Part shown: in pieces, positions 1 through 9,854 of the stretch
Layout: the number at the start of each line of letters is the position of its first letter
Position numbering within the stretch: the first letter of the stretch is position 1
Position numbers and translations under genes: made by a program
Source of the DNA: Alloascoidea hylecoeti
Taxonomy: Eukaryota
Length of the DNA stretch: 32,908 nt
Direction of reading: 5' to 3'
Assembly: GCA_001600815.1 (NCBI GenBank)
Contig: BCKZ01000025.1
Coordinates: forward strand, 251,659-284,566
The notes under the pieces: generated by a model
The model's input: the letters and a program-made list of their open reading frames with translations, nothing else
What the model was told of the DNA's origin: nothing
Database searches by the model: none

Positions 1-2
1 TA

Positions 3-251
3 CCTAACATAAAAGTCACCTCCCAAGGAGAAGTATATTTTTTTGATTTCGGCTTTGGTAGAATTGTTGAAGACACTTGGGATACGATGATTATNTTTGA
101 GGATCTAACGAGTAGGGATAAAGAGAAATTAGGAAGACTCGAGGAGGAAGCAATAGAAGAAAAGAAAGAAAGGGAAAAACAAGAAAATGAAAAGGTAGAG
201 AAAGAGAAAGATCAGAGAATAAAAAGGAGAAGGATAGAGCCATCCTTATAA
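3..251 (+). CDS. 3' fragment of an atypical protein kinase-like gene (minimal C-lobe), truncated by the window start
   Basis: Not in the ORF track. Manual translation from nt 3 gives PNIKVTSQGEVYFFDFGFGRIVEDTWDTMIXFEDLTSRDKEKLGRLEEEAIEEKKEREKQENEKVEKEKDQRIKRRRIEPSL* (TAA 249-251). It contains the end of the catalytic loop (N) and DFG. 14 of 18 residues from N to DFGFG are identical to the ORF at 32630-32908. Confidence 0.75.
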   Translation, partial: PNIKVTSQGEVYFFDFGFGRIVEDTWDTMIXFEDLTSRDKEKLGRLEEEAIEEKKEREKQENEKVEKEKDQRIKRRRIEPSL

Positions 252-1322
252 TTTAACAATAGTGCGGGACTATTGACTATGATAACGGACCTTATTCATA
301 AACTCCTATTAAGTGGAACTCACCCACTCTTTGGGGAGTATCCATGGTTCTTGGTGCTATATTAGCTCTTGGTTCATGGATCACATTGTCAATAATGATT
401 GTTAAAGGGACCATGACTTTGAATAAAAAAAAAAAATTATGAAACAATTAGTGGAATAAGTTTTCTTCAAATTNCTCTGTACCAAAATTGGTTGATTTTC
501 CTTACTAGAGCTAATGGCCCATTTTGGTTTTTTTACTTCTTGTGGAAATTAGGTTTAGTAGTTTTTATTGTTTCTATTTCAGCTTCGTTAATTACAGAGT
601 TTGGATTATTTTGTGATCCAACCAATATTATTACTATTATAAATGTTTGGATTTTCAGCTTTGGTGAGTTTTGTGTGATGAGTGTTGTGTATTACTTGTT
701 TGAGAGGGTCTGGAATTTTTGATGCTGGAAGGCTTAATAATAGTCAGGTAAAAGACACAAGAAAACCTGAAGATTTTATGATTCTAATGGATAAGTTGCA
801 CACTCAACATGCACATAAGAGGAGGAGCAATACACTATAGCTACGGTTATACCAGTAATGATAATCTACACATGCAATGTCCTATGTATAAATCAAGTTA
901 TAAGTATAACTTACATACATGTCTTGTGATGATTAAAGTTTTTTAATATATTGAAACCTGATAATAATAAAAGCTGTTTATTAAGGTGGAATACAAAAAC
1001 ATGACATATTTAAATATTTATGCAAATGAAAACTTCCAGAGGGTATTCTTACTTGATTGGGACTAGGGTATAATTTCAGGAATAGTTCCTTATGGAGAGG
1101 TAGAGCAGCTTTTGAATATTGGAATATATATTTCCAAGCCATATTTATCACTGAATCATATTTGGATTGTAACGACCATTTTCATGATTAATATATTTAT
1201 ATGTTTGGTTACAGGATACACTGAATATTAAAAATATTCTGACTAATCTAAAAGGTTTAAATCAAATTTCATTGACATAAAATTTATACATACAAATTAA
1301 TCATACGGGAACAGTTAAAATG

Positions 1323-3838
1323 TTAATCTAGCATATCATCCATTACTGAATCATAATGAAGACTCTCATATAATAAATCATCTGCATATAAATCCGGTAG
1401 TCGTGATATCACCTTATCCATTAATTCGTCCATTGAAACTGCCCATGGTCGATGTTAATAATAATATTGCCATTTTCATTTTCATTTTCCGTTGGTATTA
1501 AATTATTATTGATTATATCATTGGAAGTACCAATACTTTTTGTTAAAGTTCAAAGTGCCTGTTCTCCCTGTTGCGCCAAAAATCCAATCGACTCTTTAGT
1601 GAACTGTTCCAAGAGTGTAGTATATCCAACACTTTTTTCACCTTCATGATTAAATGGGATTGGAATGTCAGGTATGTTAATCCCTGATCCATTATCATTT
1701 TTTTTATAAATTCCACACTGTATAAATATCATTAGAATTCTGTACAATTCTTTCAGGACATTGAAGAAGCAATTTATAATAATCCTTAAAATATTCAATC
1801 AAAGGCTTTTTTAAACATTCGGTTACTTCTTTGGTGAATNTGAATATATATTAGTAGAATCACAATTGGGTTGGTTATCGTTTAATATATCAGACATCAC
1901 CGTTATAGAAGATATAGAAGGTGGTGATTAAAATAAATTGCACAACTTTAATCGCGATTGAAATTCTTTAGTTCGACTTCTCAATATCATTGAGATTATA
2001 AATGGAACAAGCTGATATAAATATTTCTCAATTTGAGGTAACATTAAATGTCTAGCCTCTACACCCATTCCAAAATTATCGTCATCATTATTTGATTCAT
2101 CATAATTGGTATAAACTAAGTTATAGAAACCAAGACAACAATAAAATAATAAACATGCAGAAATTTCCGATTGTAAAAGATAATATTGACACATATTAGG
2201 TTCAGTTTTTAAATCGCTATTTAAAAATAATAAATAGAAATGAATATGAAGTTGTGATAACAAAATGCATTTTAATTCAAGTTGTATTATAATGTGAGTA
2301 TTTGATAAAACCTTCATTTTAAAATCCTCATTATCAATCAAATTTTTATTTGAAATTGGTTTATCAATATATACATCATTTATATTATATTTTTGAGGAA
2401 TTTTGTAAGAATTCTTAAATGTTTCTGAAAACCTTGGGAATTTATTCTTCAATGACTCTAGTAGATTAACAATAATACTTTCAACTGATGACCTTCGTGG
2501 TTTTTCTTTTAAATTCATCCAAGTGCAAACTCCAATAGCCATATTCTTACTATGATCATATATGAGCATATCAGCGCTATTTTGAAGTTTCTTAATATTG
2601 AAAGCTACAGATGATGAAGGGATATTTTTATAAAATGATGAATCAAGAATGTGAAATTGTTGTATTTGTTTTGTGTCCATATAATCTTTATTTAAAAGAA
2701 GTGGCCTACCCACCATCCCCATCTTCAGGGGCAAATACACGATAGAATCGTATACTAATATAATATTGTAGTAACAATAGACTGAAATGTTTTGTTGTCG
2801 TTGTATCAATAAAAGGTAAAAGATTTAGTGATAGTGTTATAAATTNGGGCCCAATTGAAANATTATTTTCTATTAATGGTTCAAAAAATTCATCTAAACA
2901 ACTATTACTGTTTTCTTTTTGATATGCAATTGGCATTGTCAAATATCCAATTCTTAATATAACCATAAAAGTTGCTAGACTGATTAACTCACAATCTTTA
3001 AATTGAGATTCTAAAAATCCGAACTTATACCGTGAAATTCCATTATCATCTGTTATTATTGGACTAATATTCTTCAATACGGTAGTAAAAGGTTCATAAT
3101 CAATGGCATTCCATAGACTATCAAAATAAAGCCAATAATATTTGACAATAATATTGCAATGATCTACCGAAGAAATAATATGATTTATTCGATTTAAAAT
3201 CGATTGTAATTCAACAGTTGGACCATAAATAGGGTCAGGCTCAGTTTTCTTTTTTTTTTATAATTAGATGATACATTATTGATATTGGAATCCATTGAAG
3301 AATAAATCTGTGTCAAAATAGGATCCTTTGTTATAATACTCAATCTACTCGTTGCACCAAAGTGTGAAGTATAATCTTTTTCAATATTTAAAGAATTAAT
3401 TCTTTCGGTTAAATCCATTATAGGGTCATAATTTTCGGGATTGCTATCATAGTTCCCATATTTGAAATTTGTTTGGTTGATATCATTTGAATTCTTATTC
3501 TTTCTAGACCTCTTCATACGTCTTAACTCTTTTCTTTTACTCTCAATTTATTCTTCAGTATTGCATTTTGGGCGTATAATTCCATTTCTAACGGATTTAA
3601 ATGGTACAATTTTGTTTCCCCGGGGTTTATTTCTTTTGACTGTTTGTTACGGTATATGCAAAGATGAGAGACCTGAAGCTTTATACATTGTAAACAGTGT
3701 GGTTTCTGTTTATTGCACTATATTTCAGATTATTAGTACCTGCTTCTATCAGAAAACTATCACAGAGAAACATACTTTTTCTCGCCGTCTTCTACAAATA
3801 ACACATNCATATTGCCTTTTTGAAGGTTGTGTTGTCAT
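1323..3838 (-). pseudogene. Zn(II)2Cys6 fungal transcription factor, multiply disrupted
   Basis: Exon 1 (3838-3776) reads MTTQPSKRQYxCVICRRRREK. A 58-nt intron (3775-3718; GTATGT..TACTAAT..TAG) follows. Exon 2 begins CNKQKPHCLQCIKLQVSHLCIY, completing all six Cys. Downstream same-strand pieces (ORFs 3194-3517, 2706-3077, 1928-2809, 1550-1798) resemble the middle homology region (e.g. CNIIVKYYWLYFDSLW) and end in an acidic tail, PDLYADDLLYESLHYDSVMDDMLD* (1323-1325). Frameshifts lie near 3650, 3255, 2800 and 1470; in-frame stops at 3550-3548, 1930-1928 and 1552-1550. Confidence 0.85.
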
Positions 3839-4685
3839 GATAGTTATAATTGAAAACTTGAAATATGTCTGTGTTGTGAGTAGGCTAGATGTGTTTATAA
3901 TGCTTTGAATTCCTAATCTAGAAGCCNGACATTTCCGCATTTGGCACTGCCTGCAAATAAAATCAGTGTTTATTATTATAAGAAGTCAAAGACCACTGGT
4001 ATACCAATATTGATGATAATACCATGTTGCTTGATCTAAAATAGGACCATGAGATTTTCACTATATTGCCTAACTAGTATAAGAAATCAACTCTACAAAT
4101 CCATTTTTCCCCACTTTCAACTCTCAGCCTCTTTTAAAAATTTACAACCACAATCCTCTTACCTCAATCTTTCTTATTTTCAATTTTCATATGGTATTCC
4201 CTCTCGTATTTCAGAGAAATTCATGTTTTAATATTTATTTTTTTGTATTCACCCGGAAGGAAACATGTAAACTTCCGGATAGTACGTATAATTCCAGGTT
4301 AGTACCGTATGTTTCACCCGTGGTTCCGAAAATTTATAGGAATAAGGAAAGTAGACTTTTCATATATCTCTTTACGCAAGCAGTCTTAATAACCTTCGCA
4401 GGGAGGATAAGAAAGCCAGGAGAACTTTTTAATCTAAATCCTGGATACTCATACTCCCCAGTGTCCCCATTATGCTCGATCGCAACAAACAAGACACTGG
4501 GAATCCTATTACAAGGTAGAGAGCCAACTCCAACGTCAAACAACTGGATCGTGATGGTTGAGGCCATGGCTACCACACACAATTAGCTGATTAACTTTGA
4601 AAAATTGGATGTCCAAACCTATCAATCGTTGTATAGTCGCAATTAATGTTTTAAGTCTATAACTTTATGATATCATACAATTAGC

Positions 4686-6158
4686 CTATTCATATCCCAC
4701 CTTCTCAAAAGCAAAGGCCAAATAAAAAGCGGTTGCCTCTGATTCTTCTCCTTCAACTCCAAGTGAACCATCCGTCCTTTTAATACCCTGAATTAACCGA
4801 TCCGGCAACTTTCTTGACCAAGTAGGAATCTCTTCCGCAAATAATTCATGAAATGTCTTCTTATATCTCAATTCCAAATTGAACTCCTCTGCTAGTGCCC
4901 GAAATGCTTCAAACGGTACAACATACTCTGGCACATTATCAACCGCATCTTTTAAATAATAGTAATACATATGTCCAAATGGGGGTCTAAAAGCTCCATC
5001 CCTAGGTGGATCATTTGCAAAAGTAACCGAATAAATTGAGTTTTTCCATCCTTTTTCTCCTTCCTCCAATTTTGCAATTTTACTAAGCAAGAAATCGCTA
5101 CTTGGAATAGTTCCAACAAAATACCCACCTTTCTTTAAACTCGAAGAAACATTAGATAACATTCTTCTTACTTTATCCTCCGTTTCAAAAGCATAATGCA
5201 TACAAAATTGCATCGATACAACATCCATTGGCCATGGGACTTCAAACTGACTCAAAATTTCTTGAATCGGTGTTCCATATGCATCACCTGTAGCAAATAT
5301 AGATTCAAAACTTGTATTTCGTAATGATTTATACCGATGAATTGCTTCTTTAATACTCATATCAGATATATCAACACCAACATAAAATGCACAACGTGCC
5401 ATTCTCCATTTATTCAAATCTCCTCCTTTACCACAGCCAATATCTAAAACCTTACATTCAGGTTCAGTAAATTTACCGATCAACATATATTTAATAGCAT
5501 TATTAAAATTTCTTAATTTTATAATGGGTGAATTTGTTCTTCTTTCATTTCTTGATAGAACTGTTCTTGTATTATAATGTTTTCTAACAACTGAATCAAT
5601 AGCTGATTGCCTTGAAACTACACTGCCCGATTCCCGTTGATCTAATGCTTCCTGTAATGCTTTCTTCTCTTGTTCTTCCTTCCTTTCCCGGATTTCTTTT
5701 GCGATTTTCTCTTGTTCTTCTTTGTTCTTTCGTCTATTTGGGCGTTTCAATTTCCTTGGCTCATCGTAGTTTTCGTAAGAGAATTTTCGCTTATCATATG
5801 AATCATCACGATCTCTATGATGGGATTCTTCCCTATATGACCTCTCAGGTAAGGGTTCTGTTCTATGTAAATGTGAATTTCTATCAGCTGTCGATCGATT
5901 CTTAAACGAAAAAGCAGACGATTTTGAACTATTTCTATCATCATTACTGGTATCTTTTTTCCTTTTATGAGATGAAAGTTTCATTATTATTTTCTTCTTC
6001 TCTGGAAGTAGCTCATCGTCGTCGTTATTATTATTATTATCAACCTTATTGTTACTGATTTGTTCGAAATTATTGTAACTCAAAGATTCTGATTTATCAA
6101 CGTTAGAAGATGTTTCTGAATTAGGACCAACTTGCCCGATTTCCTCATGGTCCGACAT
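4686..6158 (-). CDS. ABD1: mRNA cap guanine-N7 methyltransferase
   Basis: 490-aa ORF with SPIIKLRNFNNAIK, the SAM-binding motif VLDIGCGKGGDL, QFCMHYAFE, GTIPSSD and VPEYVVPFE. The N-terminus is charged and low-complexity. Confidence 0.96.
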   Translation of the reverse strand: MSDHEEIGQVGPNSETSSNVDKSESLSYNNFEQISNNKVDNNNNNDDDELLPEKKKIIMKLSSHKRKKDTSNDDRNSSKSSAFSFKNRSTADRNSHLHRTEPLPERSYREESHHRDRDDSYDKRKFSYENYDEPRKLKRPNRRKNKEEQEKIAKEIRERKEEQEKKALQEALDQRESGSVVSRQSAIDSVVRKHYNTRTVLSRNERRTNSPIIKLRNFNNAIKYMLIGKFTEPECKVLDIGCGKGGDLNKWRMARCAFYVGVDISDMSIKEAIHRYKSLRNTSFESIFATGDAYGTPIQEILSQFEVPWPMDVVSMQFCMHYAFETEDKVRRMLSNVSSSLKKGGYFVGTIPSSDFLLSKIAKLEEGEKGWKNSIYSVTFANDPPRDGAFRPPFGHMYYYYLKDAVDNVPEYVVPFEAFRALAEEFNLELRYKKTFHELFAEEIPTWSRKLPDRLIQGIKRTDGSLGVEGEESEATAFYLAFAFEKVGYE

Positions 6159-6285
6159 TCAAAAAATAATAATTGGTATAAAAAGAAGAAAGCAGAAAAT
6201 AGAGGACGACGTGGTTTACCCGGCCTTGTCATTTTTTACCGCCCTCCCTAAAAAAAAAGTAACCAAATTTCAACATCAAGAAAAA
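6159..6285. promoter_or_regulatory. Compact bidirectional promoter (ABD1 / Red1-like gene) with a Reb1-type site
   Basis: 127 bp separate the divergent ATGs (6158 and 6286). TTACCCGG lies at 6216-6223, with an A-tract at 6250-6258. Confidence 0.6.
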
Positions 6286-9200
6286 ATGATGAACGCACTT
6301 GAAATAGAAAAGAAACGGATGGCTGTTTTGTTATCTCTTAAATTAAAGATGGCAAAACGATCCAGTGTTTCTTCTGATTTAAAGCCGTCGGAAAAAAGGG
6401 ATACTCCAAAACAACCCCCAATTGAACAATTAAGGTCAACACAACATGAAACTTTGGAAGTGGATAAGAATAAAAGTAATAATTCAGTGGAATTTTCAAA
6501 TTATGAAGAAGAGAACTCGGATGATTTTTATGGGTTGCCTTTTACATTGGTATCAATGCCTGATAATAAAAAGGAGTCCACACCAAATGATACCAGTATC
6601 AACAAAATCGATATCTCCAGCATTGCATCAACAAAACCAAAGAAGGAATCATCAAAACCAAAGAAGGAATCATCAAAACCAAAGAAGGAATCATCAAAAC
6701 CAAAGAAGGAATCATCAAATCTAAAGAAGGAATCATCAAAACCAAAGAAAGAGTTAACAAAACTAAAGAAAGAGTTGACAAAACCAAAGAATGAATTCCC
6801 AGCAACTTCTGATGTTTACTCCTCTTTTGCAAAAAACAAAGAACAGGAACCTAAGAATCCGGAGGTCTCAAAAGATACTGAATCCTCATCTTCAGTATTA
6901 AATAGCATACAAGGTGACACCGAATCCAATATAGAAAATGATATTGAGGAAGAAGAAGAAGAAGAAGAAGATAATGATGATGATGGTACTGAGGAATATG
7001 AAAATGAAAATGGTGGGTATTTTTGTACTCTAATTTAATTTATAATTTTTACATTGCTAACCCTTGTTTTCTTTTATTAGATCACCCTGTTTATGAAGCA
7101 GTACACAATCTTAGACGATTGGGATATACTTTCACTGATATCGTTAAGAAAATTGATGTGAACCCATATTTTTTATTAATGGTTTATACAAAACTTGAAC
7201 TTCCTTGTCCGAATCCACAGTCACTTTTAGAATTGGCAAATGGTACTAAAACTAATACTAATTTTAATACAAATACAAAGACAAAGAATACCACTAAAAC
7301 TAACACTTCTACTAACATTAATAATATATCGTCATCTTCACCAGAAAAAGATACGCCAACCATTACTACCGAAAAGAAAATTACCCCAACCCTTACCCCT
7401 ATTCCTGCCCCTATTCCTGCCCCCGTTCCTGCCCTTTCTAAACCTCCAATAGCATCTCGCCCTGTTTCATTCAGCCAAAAGCTTTTTGATGCTAATAATA
7501 ATGGCTCAAACTCTCCTATTACAAGGACAGCATCTCCCAAGTTTGGAAGTGATCGGTGGTCTAGTCATATGGAGATAACTTTATCAGATGATAGTGAATC
7601 TGATGAAGATGATCAAGATGCAGGCAACACTCCTCATCCTGACACATCTGTTGACCGAAGTCGTAATTTTACGCCTTCATCTTCAAATTCTGGACCCAAT
7701 TCATCTTTATTAATATCAAATCAGTTGATTAGCGATCAGTCATTAAAACTAAAGTCTAAGGAGGAAGAGATTAGAAAAATCAGTGCAAAGATTGCCGAAC
7801 TTCAACAAGCAAAAACAAAAATGAAGAAGGCAGCCGAAAATATTAAAGAATCCAATACTATTTTAGAAGATAAATCACTAAACATAACTTCAGCATCTGT
7901 ACCTGTATCTACACCAACACCAACACCAATAACAGCACCTTTACCAACCAATGTTCCAAAGAGAATTACCGTAGATAAACAATCACTTTCCAAATCACCT
8001 TCTTTGAATTCTGATACTGATACTGATACCATTATGAAAGATACCATTCCTACTGAAATATCGCCCCAACAAGAAAACTTAAATATTCAAGAGCAAACTG
8101 ATCAATACTCTAACTTTTTGACTATTCCTTTTATAGAATTAAAAAAGGAAGTTACTAAGATTACTAATGTAATGGATAATCTTAAAAGTCAAAAAGATGT
8201 TATTAATAAAAGTTTAAGCAACAGTGAATATTTACTTGATTATAATGAAAATAAAATCAAAGAAAAGGAAAAATTTATAATTGATTTGAAATCAAGAATT
8301 TCCATTGCTGAACAAATAATTGGAAATTTAGAATTATTAAATAAAGATTCTAACTTAAAGATTAATACCCTTAAAAAGAAACTTATTTCACAAGATGATG
8401 AGATTAAAAATAATCAGTCATTATTGGACAACTTAAAAAGGGCATTAAATGAAAGAATCGATGAAGAGAGTGATGATGGTTTGTATTTGTATTTTTTGTC
8501 TTTTTTGATCTTATTTCTAACCCCATGTTATTAAATTTTTCTAGAGGAGGAAGAAGATATTGAATTGTTACGTTTTGGGTTTAAAAAGGTAATTCTTATA
8601 AATTTGTTATAATAAATTGATGGTATAACACTAACAATAACATTTATAGGCACCACGAGTACGCTTTAAACTGTACTTGTCTGTACTTCGATGCTTTCGA
8701 TCATTCCGATTCAGCCCACAGTTCAAAGAAGTTGCTTCTGAAAGTTATAGGTCAGTAACATACAGTAATAAAATTAATCCAAATAAGGTGTTTTGTCCCT
8801 TTGAATCTAGTGGTGGAACGTGTAATGATTCTAGCTGCAAATACCAACATGCTAGGGATTACACTATGAGCGGTAAGTATTTAATGTTTCTATTATTTCT
8901 CTTCTAGGGTTTCTTTTCAAAAAAGTAAAAAAATAAAAATATAGGAGGGAATATATTAGAATTGAAGCGTCCTTTATAAAGGAAAATACTAACAGTGGAC
9001 ATATTCATTACCTCTCATGACGAGGGGAAGGTTATCTACACTTATTTGAATGTTATATTTTACATTTTTAGATACTGCAATTTTAGTAGAACTAGCGAAA
9101 AGCACAGTTGGTTCTAATCCAGATGAACAGTCTCGTTATAAAGATAATTTAACTAAAGAGCTGAATAGTTTAACGCCAGTAGATAATAAGTTTCAAGAGC

Positions 9201-9508
9201 TTGGTGATCATATTGTTAGTTATAGACGAAAATGCTTGAAAGAATTAGAAGGAAAAGATGATTACCTAGCCGGAAGTTATCTTGACTGGAATAGATTTGA
9301 TCATTTAAAAAGAAAACGCCAGGAGATTAGCGAATTAAAAAGCTTAAAAAAACGGGCGAAAAAAAATAAGAAGAAAGAAGAAATGCAAATACAACCTGGT
9401 GTAGAAGATGATGTTATTTTGATTAATGATGAAAATGAAGATGTTAGTGAAAAGGGTGATTCTGATGCTGAACGTGAGAAGGAGGTGCTTGACCAAGAAA
9501 GTATATAG
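6286..9508 (+). CDS. red1: Red1/ZFC3H1-like zf-C3H1 protein (MTREC/PAXT nuclear-exosome adaptor scaffold), 5 exons, about 942 aa
   Basis: Exons 6286-7012, 7081-8478, 8545-8588, 8650-8872 and 9072-9508 total 2829 nt, in frame. Introns are GTGGGT..GCTAAC..TAG, GTTTGT..TCTAAC..TAG, GTAATT..ACTAAC..TAG and GTAAGT..TACTAAC..TAG. The C-terminal domain reads YLSVLRCFRSFRFSPQF...SVTYSNKINPNKVFCPFESSGGTCNDSSCKYQH..DTAILVEL..IVSYRRK. There is an internal ITLSDDSESDE motif followed by a coiled coil. The first donor is the least certain (alternative at 6986). Confidence 0.8.
6632..6799 (+). repeat. Coding minisatellite, 21-bp unit x8 (KPKKESS heptads)
   Basis: Unit CAAAACCAAAGAAGGAATCAT: four exact copies from 6632, then four degenerate copies. 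Confidence 0.93.
8873..9071 (+). other. 199-nt spliceosomal intron 4 of the Red1-like gene, with a distal TACTAAC
   Basis: GTAAGT at 8873, TACTAAC at 8987-8993, and TTTTTAG ending at 9071, which restores the frame into DTAILVEL. Confidence 0.8.
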
Positions 9509-9854
9509 CATCTTGGAATTGATAGTTGCCTTCTTATACATGTAGCCCTGGCTCTATAACTTTCATGGTGGATAGTTCTTGTAGACCATGCTTTTTTTTC
9601 TTCATCCACATAGATCATGTTTATTATATTTATATATTCCTTCAAAATTTCATTAACTTTTTTACTTATATATCTCAGTACAATTGCATATATGATGTGT
9701 TAGTTAAAGTATGATAATAATGCTTGTAAAATTAAAATATATATACTAATACTATATACCAGTAACTATGTTCAAAAGGAATGAAATGAATAAAATATAT
9801 GCTATGAGTTTACCATTGAATTCTCTGCAGTTGCAAGATATATGTGTAGCTAAG

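Noticed and set aside
1..60. Window ends as terminal inverted repeats of one 33-kb mobile element
   Set aside because: The similarity is at protein level with many synonymous differences, both genes run off the window, and the interior is housekeeping genes with no transposase or recombinase.
492..722. 76-aa hydrophobic ORF
   Set aside because: TTG start and no motif. It is probably the antisense shadow of A-rich, possibly relic, minus-strand sequence.
3462..3908. 148-aa plus-strand ORF
   Set aside because: Antisense to the Zn2Cys6 pseudogene, with no recognisable domain.
6632..6799. CRISPR-like regular repeat
   Set aside because: The units are contiguous with no spacers and lie in a eukaryotic coding exon.
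6446..6832. Alternative-frame and antisense ORFs with NQRRNHQ or SLVLMIP repeats
   Set aside because: By-products of the stop-free 21-bp repeat.
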